A DNA stretch of 64,000 bases from an uncultured Chloroflexia bacterium (GCA_963783725.1 CAWAOJ010000002.1:1684459-1748458), one strand, 5' to 3'; shown: positions 16,840 through 28,328, numbered from the stretch's first letter. Made by a program: numbers and translations. Notes: generated by a model not told the origin, from the letters alone.

Positions 16840-19034
16840 GTGGACCTGCTGATCGTCCTCATCCCGGCGCTGCCGATCGTCGGATTCCTGTTCACGGTGG
16901 TCGTCGGCCGCCGGCTCGACCGCGTCCCGGTGCACGGCCACGCCGTCGACTCGCATGACCACCCGGGTGACGCTCAGGCGGCCGATGCGAGCGCGCACGA
17001 GCACGGTGACGACACCGGGTTCCGGGCCGTGCCGACCGAGGCGGAGCAGGCAGCGACCTCACCGCACGCCGGTCACGCCGACGACCTGGCCAACGCCCAG
17101 GGCGCCGACGGCGTCATACCGGCCGACCTGAACGACGGCATCGGCCAGTCGGGGCACGTCGTACCCGGCGGACCGCGGCCGCGCTACCTGAGCTGGATCG
17201 TCCCCACCGGCCTGGTCGCCATCGCCTGGGTGCTCAGCATGGTGGTGTTCGTCAACGTCATCTTCGGCGGCAACACCTACCACGTGACGGTCTACGAGTG
17301 GATCGCCGCCGGCGACTTCCACATCAACATCGCGTTCTACGTGGACGCGCTGACGGCCATGCTGCTGCTGGTCGTGAGCAGCGTGGGACTGCTGGTCCAC
17401 GTCTACTCCATCGGCTACATGGATGGCGACCGCGGGCTGTGGCGCTTCTTCGCCTACCTGAACCTTTTCATGTTCAGCATGCTGCTGCTGGTCATGGGCG
17501 ACAACTACCTGATGCTCTTCGTCGGGTGGGAGGCGGTCGGACTGTGCAGCTACCTCCTGATCGGGTTCTGGTACAAGAAGCCGTCCGCCGCGGGCGCGGC
17601 CAAGAAGGCGTTCGTGGTGAACCGCATCGGCGACGTCGGCTTCGGCCTGGGGATCATGATGATCTGGGTCCTGCTGGGAACCCTGAGCTTCACCGATGTC
17701 TTCGACAAGGTCGGCGGGCTGGACCAGACCCAGGTCACGATCATCGCCCTTCTCCTCTTCGCCGGCGCGGTCGGCAAGAGCGCGCAGTTCCCGCTGCACG
17801 TCTGGCTGCCCGACGCGATGGAGGGCCCGACGCCGGTCAGCGCCCTGATCCACGCCGCGACCATGGTCAACGCCGGCGTCTACATGGTCGCCCGCTCGAA
17901 CCCGATCTTCTCCCAGGCGCCGGTCGCGATGTGGGTCGTGGCGGGGATCGGCATCTTCACCGCCATCTTCGCCGCGGCCATCGCGCTGACCCAGAACGAC
18001 ATCAAGAAGGTGCTTGCCTACTCGACGGTCAGCCAGCTCGCGTACATGTTCACCGCGCTGGGCATCGGCGCGTGGGCGGCCGCGATCTTCCACCTCGTCA
18101 GCCACGGCTTCTTCAAGGGGCTGCTCTTCATGGGCTCCGGCTCCGTGATCCACGGGGCGGGCGGCGAGCAGGACATGCGATTCCTGGGCGGCATGCGCCA
18201 GAAGATGCGCTGGACCTACTGGATCATGGTCGTCGGGTCGCTCTCCCTGGCCGGCGTGCCGATCCTTTCGGGCTTCTTCAGCAAGGACGAGATCCTGGGC
18301 GAGGCGTTCAACCGCGGCTACCCGATCTTCTACCTGGTCGGCACCGTCGTCGCCTTCATGACGGCCTTCTACAGCTTCCGCATGATCTACATGACCTTCC
18401 ACGGTGAGTGGCGCGGGCCGCAGGAGGCGTGGCGGCACGTGCACGAATCGGTGCCGACCATGGTCGCGCCCATCGCCATCCTCGCCATTCCGACCGTGCT
18501 GGTCGGGCTGCTGCTGGGGCTGCCGCCGGAGGGGGGCGTCATCCACAGCTGGCTCGGGCGCGTGTTCGAGCATGCCGAGGAGGCGGGCATCCAGCCGGGG
18601 TCGCTCGCCGCCGCCGGGCACCACTTCGAGTTCGTGGGCGTCGGCGGGCTGCTGCTTCTGGTCGGCGCCACGGTGGCCGTCCTCGGCGTGCTGCTCGCCT
18701 ACCGCTGGTACGTCACCGACCCGCAGGCGTCGGCACGATTCGTGGACAGCATCCCGCTCGGCCTCGGCCCGGGCATGTACCGCGCCAGCCTCAACCGCTA
18801 CTACGTCGACGACCTCTACCAGCTCATCTTCGCGCGCGGCGGCGTGATCGTGGGCGAAGCGCTGTGGTGGTTCGACGCCAAGATCATCGACGGCGCGGTG
18901 AACGGTGCGGGCTGGCTGGCACGAAACATGGGCTCCGGCTTGCGCCGGTCACAGACCGGACGCGTCGAGAACTACGGGCTCGGCATGGCGGCGGGGCTGG
19001 TGCTCGTGCTGGTGGCGTACCTGGTGTGGCACTG

Positions 19035-19035
<1 letters not shown>
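16840..19035 (+). CDS. nuoL: NADH-quinone oxidoreductase subunit L
   Basis: ND5 family (WEAVGLCSYLLIGFW, KSAQFPLHVWLPDAMEGPTPVSALIHAATMV) with a C-terminal extension region and a GTG start. It carries a ~90-aa His/Asp-rich insertion after TM1. Confidence 0.92.
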
Positions 19036-20558
<1,523 letters not shown>

Positions 20559-20565
20559 GGCCGCG

Positions 20566-22029
20566 ATGAATTACCTGAACGATCTCTTCACGTTGCTGCC
20601 GGAGCTGATCCTGGTGGTGCTGGTGCTGACGGTGATCACGGCCGACCTGTTCCTGCCGCGGGATTCGAAGTGGCTGCTCACGCCGCTGACCGTGTTCGGC
20701 CTGCTGCTCGCCGCCATCGCCTGCGTGCTGGTGTGGGACGTCAACGCCACGGTCTTCGGCGGCTTCTACCGCGTCGACGACCTGTCGGTGTTCCTCAAGA
20801 TGGTCACCATGGGCGTGGGCATCCTGTCGGCGCTCTTCGTCCCGTCGTACCTGCGGCAGCGGCGGCTGCCGCTCGGCGAGTTCAACGCCATCCTGCTCTT
20901 CTCGCTGATCGGGATGTGCGTGCTGGCCAGCAGCAGCGACCTCATCACCCTGTTCATCGGTCTCGAGCTGATGGTGATGCCCGGCTACCTGCTGACGGGG
21001 TTCGCGAAGACGGACCGCTACAGCAACGAGGGCGGGCTCAAGTACTTCCTGCTCGGCTCCTTCGCATCGGCGATCCTGCTCTTCGGCGTCAGCTGGACGT
21101 ACGGCCTGACGGGCACGACCCGCATCGACGAGATCGGTCGCGCCATCGGCGGGGCGCCGCTCAGCGCCGCCATGCTGGTCGCCATCGCCATGCTGACCGT
21201 CGGGGCGACCTTCAAGATCGCCGCGGTGCCGTTCCACTTCTGGACGCCGGACGCCTACCAGGGGGCGCCCACCCCGATCACCGGCTTCCTGTCGGTCGGA
21301 CCGAAGCTCGGGGCGTTCGCGCTGCTCATCCGCGTCTTCGCCGAGGGACTCGGGCCGATCAGGGCCGATTGGCTGCTGGTGATGGCCATCCTCGCCGCGC
21401 TCACGATGACCGGCGGCAACGTGGTCGCGCTGGTGCAGATGAACGTGAAGCGGATGCTCGCCTACAGCGCCATCGCGCACAGCGGCTACATCCTCGCGGC
21501 GCTGGCGGCGTTCGCCGCGGCGGGCGCGGTCGCGGTCCAGCGCGAGGCGATCGAGGCGATCCTGTTCTACCTGGCCGGGTATGCGCTGATGAACATCGCG
21601 GCCTTCGCGGTGGTCGGCATGCTGCAGCGCGACACGACGCGCTACGGCGGCCTGCGCTCGTTCGCCGGACTCGCGACGCGTTCGCCGGGCCGCGCCGCGG
21701 CGATGGCGATCCTGCTGCTGTCGCTGACCGGGATCCCGCCGACGGTCGGTTTCTTCGGGAAGTGGTACGTGCTGCTGGCGACAGTGGATGCCGGCCTCGT
21801 CTGGCTGGCGGTCCTGATCGTGCTGAACGCCGCCCTTGCCGCGTTCTACTACCTGCGCGTGATCGTCTACATGTACATGCGTCCCGCCGAGGACGAGCCC
21901 GCGCTGATCGATCGCTCCGCCTTCGGGACCATCGCCCTCGCCGTCAGCGTGGTCGGCGTGCTGGGCCTCGGCATCTTTCCTGGGCTGATCCTCGGGGTGC
22001 TGAAGACCTCGGCCGGAAGCCTCTTCTAG
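20566..22029 (+). CDS. nuoN: NADH-quinone oxidoreductase subunit N
   Basis: ND2 family (FKIAAVPFHFWTPDAYQGAPTPITGF, MLAYSAIAHSGY). Confidence 0.92.
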   Translation: MNYLNDLFTLLPELILVVLVLTVITADLFLPRDSKWLLTPLTVFGLLLAAIACVLVWDVNATVFGGFYRVDDLSVFLKMVTMGVGILSALFVPSYLRQRRLPLGEFNAILLFSLIGMCVLASSSDLITLFIGLELMVMPGYLLTGFAKTDRYSNEGGLKYFLLGSFASAILLFGVSWTYGLTGTTRIDEIGRAIGGAPLSAAMLVAIAMLTVGATFKIAAVPFHFWTPDAYQGAPTPITGFLSVGPKLGAFALLIRVFAEGLGPIRADWLLVMAILAALTMTGGNVVALVQMNVKRMLAYSAIAHSGYILAALAAFAAAGAVAVQREAIEAILFYLAGYALMNIAAFAVVGMLQRDTTRYGGLRSFAGLATRSPGRAAAMAILLLSLTGIPPTVGFFGKWYVLLATVDAGLVWLAVLIVLNAALAAFYYLRVIVYMYMRPAEDEPALIDRSAFGTIALAVSVVGVLGLGIFPGLILGVLKTSAGSLF

Positions 22030-22033
22030 CCCG

Positions 22034-23605
22034 ATGGCCGGCCGAGGGGAGCGGCGACGGCGCGGGACCCAGGACGCCCCCGAGACGATCGAGGAGCGGC
22101 GCCGCGAGCAGCGCATGGGCGACGCGGCGGCCGAGCTGCTCGACGGGCGGAGGCTGCTCATCGCCACCAACCGCGGGCCGGTGACGTTCGCGACCGGCGC
22201 GGACGGCTCGCTGCGGCCGCGGCGCGGGAGCGGGGGCCTCGTCACGGCCCTGAGCCAGATCGGCCGCCGGGTGCCGGTGACCTGGGTCGCGGCGGCCATG
22301 ACCGAGGGCGACCGCCGCGCGGCCGCCGACCCTCAGCTGGTCGAGGAGGCGCTGCCCGGCGCGGAGCTGCAGCTGCGCTTTGCCACGGTCGACCGCGCGG
22401 TGTACGAGGCGGCCTACAACGTGATCGCGAATCCGCTGCTCTGGTTCCTGCAGCACCAGATGTGGAACCTTCCCGAGCGCCCGGTGATCGACGCGGCGGT
22501 CGTGCGTGCCTGGGAGCACGGCTACGTTCCGCTGAACGAGACCTTCGCCGGCGCCCTCGTCGAACAGGACGCCCGCGACGACAGGCCGTGCATCATGCTG
22601 CACGACTACCACCTCTACCTTGCCGCCGGCCCGATCCGCCGCGCGCGCCCGGACGCGGTGCTCAGCCACTTCACCCACATCCCATGGCCGCCCTCCTCGC
22701 TGTGGCAGGTGATGCCGCCCGCGATGCGCCGCGAGATCTGCGCCGGCATGGTCGCCAACGACGTCTGCGGCTTTCAGACCGAGCGCTACGCGCACAACTT
22801 CCTGCGCACAGTGGAGTCGTTCCTGCCCGAAGCCAGGGTGGACTACGGTCGCAGCAACGTCACGCTGCCCGACGGCCACGTGGCGCACGCGCGCGCCTAT
22901 CCCATCTCGATCGACCTGGAGGCGACCCGCCGTGCCGCCGCGTCGCGCTCCGCGCGCCGGCGGCGCGACGAGCTGCTGGGCGCCGCGCGGGAGCGGATCA
23001 TCGTCCGCGTCGATCGGCTGGAGCCCTCGAAGAACATCCTGCGCGGCTTCGTCGCATTCGAGGCGCTGCTGGCGCGCAACCCGCGCTACCGCGGCCACGT
23101 CAGCTTCCTCGCTTTCCTCGTCCCGTCGCGGACGAACCTGCGCGAGTACGGCGACTATGGGCGCAAGGTCCAGGCGGCGGTGGACCGCATCAACGCCCGA
23201 TACGGGCGCGGCGGCTACCGGCCCGTGCAGCTCTTCTACGAGAACGACTACGCGCAGGCCATGGCGGGGCTCTCGATCGCGGACGTGGTGCTCGTCAATC
23301 CGCTCATCGACGGCATGAACCTGGTCGCCAAGGAGGCGGTGGTGGTGAACGACAGGCCGGGCGTGATCGTGCTGTCCGAGACGGCCGGGGCCTTCGACCA
23401 GATGGCGGCGGACGTCCTGCCGGTCGCACCGGCGGACGCCGTCGGGACCGCCGATGCGCTTCGCGACGCGCTCGAGATGCCGCTCGACGAGCGCGCCGCG
23501 CGACTCGATCGGCTTCGCGCCGGCGTCGAGGCCGAGGACATCACCTGGTGGCTCAGCCGGCAGCTCCGCGACCTGGGCCAGTTCGTCGCTCGACGGCGGA
23601 GCTGA
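22034..23605 (+). CDS. otsA: alpha,alpha-trehalose-phosphate synthase (GT20)
   Basis: GT20 motifs ATNRGPV, HDYHLYL, FTHIPWP, VDRLEPSKN and LVNPLIDGMNLVAKE. The start could instead be ATG 22115. Confidence 0.88.
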   Translation: MAGRGERRRRGTQDAPETIEERRREQRMGDAAAELLDGRRLLIATNRGPVTFATGADGSLRPRRGSGGLVTALSQIGRRVPVTWVAAAMTEGDRRAAADPQLVEEALPGAELQLRFATVDRAVYEAAYNVIANPLLWFLQHQMWNLPERPVIDAAVVRAWEHGYVPLNETFAGALVEQDARDDRPCIMLHDYHLYLAAGPIRRARPDAVLSHFTHIPWPPSSLWQVMPPAMRREICAGMVANDVCGFQTERYAHNFLRTVESFLPEARVDYGRSNVTLPDGHVAHARAYPISIDLEATRRAAASRSARRRRDELLGAARERIIVRVDRLEPSKNILRGFVAFEALLARNPRYRGHVSFLAFLVPSRTNLREYGDYGRKVQAAVDRINARYGRGGYRPVQLFYENDYAQAMAGLSIADVVLVNPLIDGMNLVAKEAVVVNDRPGVIVLSETAGAFDQMAADVLPVAPADAVGTADALRDALEMPLDERAARLDRLRAGVEAEDITWWLSRQLRDLGQFVARRRS

Positions 23606-24414
23606 CGCCCGGCGCCCCGTCCGCCAGCGCTCGCAGCAGCGCCACGACCGATTCGGGTCCCGGAAGCACCACGTCGGCGGCGGCCGCCACCGCCGGCGGA
23701 ACCTCGCCGTCACCGCCGACGCCGATGATGGCCACGGTCGCGCCGGCGGCACGCAGATCCTCGGCGGCGCGGAACATGTCGAGGTCGGTGACGTCGTCGC
23801 CAAGCACGACCAGGCCGCGCAGCTCGTGACGCGCGGCGAGGTCGCGCACGGCGGTTCCCTTGTCGCCCGCGCCCGCCGGCCGCAGCTCGACCGACATCCG
23901 CCCCTCGCGCAGCTCGACCCGGCCTTCGCCCGCGGACATCGCGGCGCTCAACGCGTCGAGGATCGCGCGCCGCGCCGTGGCCGGATCATCGGCCGCGCGG
24001 TAGTGCACCGTCGCCGACAGCTCCTTGTCCTCCAGCCTGACGCCGGACAGCCTCGGCACCGCGGCGAGCAGGCGGTCGAGCTCGTCGGGGATGGTGGCAA
24101 GCGCCGAACGGGAGGGTGGCCGCTGCCGCCCCGGGCGGCAGCCATTCGATGCCGTGATTGCCCGCCACCGCCAGCTCGGGAAGTCCCGTGATGGCCCGCA
24201 CTTCGGCGGCCGCGCGCCCGCTGATGATCGCCACCATGGCCAGGCGCCGCGACAGCTCGCGCAGCGGCTCCGCGGCGCCATCGGCCAGCCGCGCGGTTGC
24301 GGGGTCGCGCACGATGGGCGACAGCGTGCCGTCGAAATCGGCGAACAGGCCCGCCGGCGAGCGCGACAGGGCCGACGCGGCGAGGTCGGCCGCGGCGCGC
24401 AGCTGCGGGGTCAT
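23553..24414 (-). pseudogene. otsB: trehalose-phosphate phosphatase (HAD), reading frame broken once near 24127-24136
   Basis: The N-terminal part (FADFDGTLSPIV, ISGR, AGNHGIEW) is in the frame of ORF 23986-24903. The C-terminal part (ATIPDELD...VHYR...DKGTAV...LGDDVTDLDMF) is in the frame of ORF 23553-24281. They join at a CCCGGGG run. Confidence 0.75.
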
Positions 24415-24430
24415 CGGTAGACTCGCGGGC

Positions 24431-25162
24431 GTGAGGCGCTTCCTTTCCCCCGGCCTGCTGGTGCCGTTGCTGCTCGCGTTGGTCGGGGCCTCGCTCATTA
24501 TCGCCAGCCGGCTGCCGCTCGACGCGCCGCCCGTCCCGTCGCTGCCGCCCATCGCCCGCCCCACGCCGACGGCGCTGCCGTCCGCGCCATCCACCACGCC
24601 GACGCCGCGCGACACGGGACTGCCGTCGTCCCCTTCCCCCAGCGTTTCAGCCAGTCCGACGGCGCCGCCGACCGCGACGGCGGTGCAGATCCAGGTCGAG
24701 ACGATGCCGAAGGACATCAACCTGCGGGTCCGGAAGTCGGCGTCGGCGGCGGACGACGCGTTTCCTCCCCTCGACGCCGCGTACATCCTGAGCAGCTCGT
24801 CGCAGCCGGGACGCGGGACGAACTCGTACATCGTGGCGCACGCGCGGCTCGGACTGTTCAAGAACCTGTGGAACGTCCAGCTCGGCGCGCAGGTGCTGGT
24901 CATGATGTCGGACGGCAGCAGGCTCGCCTATCGCGTGACCGAGGTGCACGCCAACGTGGCGTGCCCCGATCCGACTCCGGAGAATCCGCAGCTCAACCCG
25001 CCGCGGCCGCCGCTCGCCTTGCAGATCCACCACGACTGCAGCGAGGGTCGGTTCTGGACCGCTCCGACCGCCCACGAGCGGCTCACGCTGCAGACGAGCC
25101 AGGGCTACAACCGCAACTGGGGGGAGTGGGTGGTGGTCGCCGAGCTCGCCGCCTCGCGCTGA
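24431..25162 (+). CDS. membrane-anchored sortase-fold protein with Ser in place of the catalytic Cys
   Basis: N-terminal TM, a Pro/Ser/Thr-rich linker, then a sortase-like core (GTNSYIVAHAR, LWNVQLGAQVLV, YRVTEV, LTLQTS, NRNWGEWVVVAEL). I propose GTG 24431 as the start. Confidence 0.55.
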   Translation: MRRFLSPGLLVPLLLALVGASLIIASRLPLDAPPVPSLPPIARPTPTALPSAPSTTPTPRDTGLPSSPSPSVSASPTAPPTATAVQIQVETMPKDINLRVRKSASAADDAFPPLDAAYILSSSSQPGRGTNSYIVAHARLGLFKNLWNVQLGAQVLVMMSDGSRLAYRVTEVHANVACPDPTPENPQLNPPRPPLALQIHHDCSEGRFWTAPTAHERLTLQTSQGYNRNWGEWVVVAELAASR

Positions 25163-26721
25163 CCCCGCCGCCCGACGAGAGCGGCCGGGACGAGGGTCAG
25201 CACCGCCACGCCCAGCGCGATGGCCAGCACCAGGTGCAGGACGTCGGCGGCCTGGCCCCGCGACCACTCCTCCAGCAGGTCGACCAGCGAGGCGCTCGTC
25301 CGAGGGTCCACCCCGACGAACTCGGCATGTCCCAGGGCGGCGACCAGCGCGTCGCGCCGCGGCGGGTCGTTGACGAGCGCGGTGAGCTCGTCGATCCGGT
25401 TCTGACCGATGCTGGTCAGCAGCGCCAGGCCGATGCTCATGCCCAGCGTTCGCGTGATGTGCAGCATGGCCGACGCCACCCCGTACGCCGAGGAGCCGGC
25501 GGCCTCGACCGCCGCGGTGGCGCGCGGCGAGACGGTGAGGCCGAACCCGCCGCCGAACAGGGCGAGGTCGCGCGTCAGGCGCGCGAGGTCCGTATCGGTC
25601 CCCCAGCCGAGCGCCAGGACCAGCGCCGCGATGGTGGCCAGCACCCCCGCCACGGTCGGGAGGCGCTCGCCGAGCACGGCCGACAGCGCGCCTCCCACCA
25701 CGGCGCCGACGGCGATCGCCACGGTCAGCGCGGTCAGCGCGGCGGCCGCCTGCTCGGGCGGGCCGTTGAGCACCCGGTTCACGAAGACCGGACCGCCGAT
25801 GACCGCGGTCGCGAGCGTGTAGCCGGTCAGCAGGCTGACGGCGTTGGCCGCTGAAAAGCGGCGGTCGCCGAACAGGCGCGGGTCGATGAGCGGCGCCCGC
25901 AGCCGCAGCTCGAGCGCGACGAAACCGCCGAAGCCGAGCGCCGCGACGGCGGCCGCGGCCAGGACCAGCGCATCGGTCCAGCCTCGCTCGCCGGAGATCG
26001 TCAGCGCGCCGACTCCCGCGATGAGGGCGATGGAAAGGAGGAGCGCCCCTGCGAGGTCGAGGCGAGCGCGGACGCGCGGCGTCTCGACGCCGCCTGCGAC
26101 GACGTAGATCAGCAGCATCGTCACGATCCCGATCGGGACGTTGAGGAAGAAGATCCACTGCCACGGCGCCAGGTCGAGCCCGGGGAGCGGCAGCCGCACG
26201 TTGAGCAGCACCCATGCGCCGTACGCCGGCCCGATTGCCATCCCGACGAACGTCGCCGCGCCCTCGACTCCCAGGGCGGCGGCGCGCGCGCGGCCGGCGA
26301 ACAGGTGGCTGGCGAGGCTCATCGAGAGCGGGACGAGCGCTCCGCCACCGAAGCCCTGCACCACGCGGGCGGCGATCAGCCAGTCCAGGCCCTGCTGCGG
26401 ACCGGCCAGCCGCGCCAGCCCGGCCGCCAGGCTTCCCAGGCTGAACAGCAGCAGCGCGACGATGTACAGCCGGCGAGCTCCCCACAGGTCGGCGCCGCGA
26501 CCGGCGAGCGGCATGGCCACCAGGAAGGCGAGAAGGTAGGCGTTGACGATCCAGCTCGCGCGGGCGAGGTCCGCCCAGCCGCCGAAGTCCGCCACGATGG
26601 CCGGCAGCGCGATGGCGACGACCATCAGCTCTGCGCCCGCTATCAGCACGCCGAGCGAGCTGACGACGAGGACCGCCCACGCGGCGACCGGGTGCAGGCG
26701 CACGCCGGCGCCGCCGCTCAC
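25105..26721 (-). CDS. MFS transporter (DHA2/EmrB-QacA-like, 14-TM type)
   Basis: Motifs LPAIVADFGG, GRGADLWGARRLY and VQGFGGGALVP. The GTG start overlaps the upstream stop (GTGA). The upstream part of ORF 25105-27429 belongs to the neighbouring gene. Confidence 0.8.
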   Translation of the reverse strand: MSGGAGVRLHPVAAWAVLVVSSLGVLIAGAELMVVAIALPAIVADFGGWADLARASWIVNAYLLAFLVAMPLAGRGADLWGARRLYIVALLLFSLGSLAAGLARLAGPQQGLDWLIAARVVQGFGGGALVPLSMSLASHLFAGRARAAALGVEGAATFVGMAIGPAYGAWVLLNVRLPLPGLDLAPWQWIFFLNVPIGIVTMLLIYVVAGGVETPRVRARLDLAGALLLSIALIAGVGALTISGERGWTDALVLAAAAVAALGFGGFVALELRLRAPLIDPRLFGDRRFSAANAVSLLTGYTLATAVIGGPVFVNRVLNGPPEQAAAALTALTVAIAVGAVVGGALSAVLGERLPTVAGVLATIAALVLALGWGTDTDLARLTRDLALFGGGFGLTVSPRATAAVEAAGSSAYGVASAMLHITRTLGMSIGLALLTSIGQNRIDELTALVNDPPRRDALVAALGHAEFVGVDPRTSASLVDLLEEWSRGQAADVLHLVLAIALGVAVLTLVPAALVGRRGQREAASSATTTHSPQLRL

Positions 26722-27429
26722 AGCTCCACTCGCTGCAGCAGGATCGCGCCGATGAGCGTCGCGCCGGCGGTCCACAGGCAGGCCACGCCGAGGGCGACCG
26801 CGGCGGAGGAAACGGGGCGCTCCACCGACTCGAGGTCGGCGAGCAGCGCGAGGCCGGCGCCGGGCAGCAGCTCCGCGTGGGGCGCCTGCAGCGCCGCGAA
26901 CAGGAACGCGAAGGTCACCAGAACGGCGGTGCCTGGCGGCCGCGCGCGGGCGGAGGACGGCGCCGGGGATCAGCGCCAGCGCCAGGAGGGCGATGCTCGC
27001 TCCCAGAGCGGCGACGCCGGCGCTGACGTAGCGCAGCGGCTCGCCGCCGATGGCCGGGTCGAGGGACACCGCGGCCCATCCGACCGCCAGCGTCGTGGCG
27101 CCCGCCAGGCCGATGACGACGGAGAACGAGAGGAGCCAGCCGACGAGAAGCGTTCCGCGCGGCACGGCGCGCAGGGCCAGCCACGCGGTCGCTCCGTCAT
27201 GGCGCTCGGCGGCGACGCTGTAGGCGGCCGAGGCGGCCGCCACCATGGCCGCCACGGCGAGGCCAACGGCAAGCACGCTCGTCGCCGACCAGGCTCGATC
27301 CGAGTCGGCGGCGGTGATCAGCGCGACCGCGACGCCGGCCAGGAGGAGCGCCCCGGCGACGGGCAGCAATCGAAGGGTCACCCACAGCTCGTGCAGGCGC
27401 AGCCCGACCAGCGAACCGATGTCGTTCAC
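26718..27429 (-). pseudogene. ABC-2-like integral membrane protein, frame broken once near 26930-26960
   Basis: Hydrophobic TM-rich translation runs from 27429 in one frame (to ...ALALIPGAVL). It continues in another frame as ...GTAVLVTFAFLFAALQ... to TGA 26718. The combined length is ~237 aa. GTGA overlap with the upstream ATPase-like gene. Confidence 0.55.
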
Positions 27430-28205
27430 GACGTGCCGAGCGCGTGGAAGGCGACCGTGGCGGTCGGCCGTCGGTCCGGGGCGAGGTCGGCCAGCGTCGC
27501 GATCCCGCGCTTGGTGAGTGGCAGCCCGCGCGCCGCGAGCGCGCCCACGCCGGTGTGGATCGCCACCTGCCCGTCACGCACCAGCGCGATTCGGTTCACC
27601 AGGCCCTCCTCGCTCGAGGGATAGCGCGAGGCGATCACCGTCGTCCGCCGCCGATCGGGGAGCAGCAGCAGGCGCGTTCGCTCGAGCGGGTCGAGCGCGC
27701 GCAGCGGCTCGTCGAGGAGGAGCACCTCCGGGCCGCCGAGCAGCGCGGTCGCCAGGCCGACGCGTTGCGCGACGGCCGGACCGCCGCGCCGGATCGGCTG
27801 GTCCTTCTCACGACCGATGCGGACCTCGTCGAGCCACCGGTCGACGAGTGGCGGAATGCCGCTGCGCGCGACGCCGAGCAGCCGCGCGCCCAGGCTGAGC
27901 GCCTCGCGCGGGGTGAGCCAGGCTGGCGCGTCGACGCCCGGCCCGACGTAGGCCACGCGGCGAGCCCAGCCGCTGGAGTGTGCCTCCGGCCGCGAAAGGC
28001 CCGCCAGCATCACGCTTCCCGCTGCCGCGCTCGACAGGCCGGCGAGGATGCGCAGCAGCCGCGATGGCGCGTCGTCCGGCTCGCCCACGATGAGGAGCCG
28101 CGCGCCGACGGGCACCAGCAGGTCGAGATCATGGATCAGCGGGGAGGCTCGTCCGCCGCTGCTCAGCTTCCGGCACACGATGGCGGCCGGGCGCAGCGTC
28201 TGCAC
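27426..28205 (-). CDS. ABC ATPase-like protein with degenerate nucleotide-binding motifs
   Basis: Overall ABC NBD colinearity with Walker B retained (LLLDEP). Walker A reads VGEPDDAPS (no GK[ST]), the signature reads IRRGGP, and the H-loop His is absent. Confidence 0.65.
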   Translation of the reverse strand: MQTLRPAAIVCRKLSSGGRASPLIHDLDLLVPVGARLLIVGEPDDAPSRLLRILAGLSSAAAGSVMLAGLSRPEAHSSGWARRVAYVGPGVDAPAWLTPREALSLGARLLGVARSGIPPLVDRWLDEVRIGREKDQPIRRGGPAVAQRVGLATALLGGPEVLLLDEPLRALDPLERTRLLLLPDRRRTTVIASRYPSSEEGLVNRIALVRDGQVAIHTGVGALAARGLPLTKRGIATLADLAPDRRPTATVAFHALGTS

Positions 28206-28299
28206 CGAGCGAGAGCGCCACAGCGCATCCGGCGTCGAGCTCGTCAGCGGATCACCTCGCGTCCGATGGTTCAGCGGCTCGGCAGTCTAGCACGCGGCC

Positions 28300-28328
28300 T
28301 TGACGCTCCGGATCGGCTCAGATATCAT
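28300..28328 (+). promoter_or_regulatory. sigma70-type promoter of arsR-led lipid operon (TTGACG-17 nt-TATCAT)
   Basis: TTGACG at 28300-28305, a 17-nt spacer, and TATCAT at 28323-28328, ~50 nt upstream of ATG 28379. It lies inside an unusually AT-rich patch. Confidence 0.55.

Noticed and set aside
24120-24140. Programmed ribosomal frameshifting as the explanation for the otsB break and the other frame breaks.
   Set aside because: I saw no canonical slippery heptamer or downstream pseudoknot at any of the five sites. The gene families involved are not known to use recoding.
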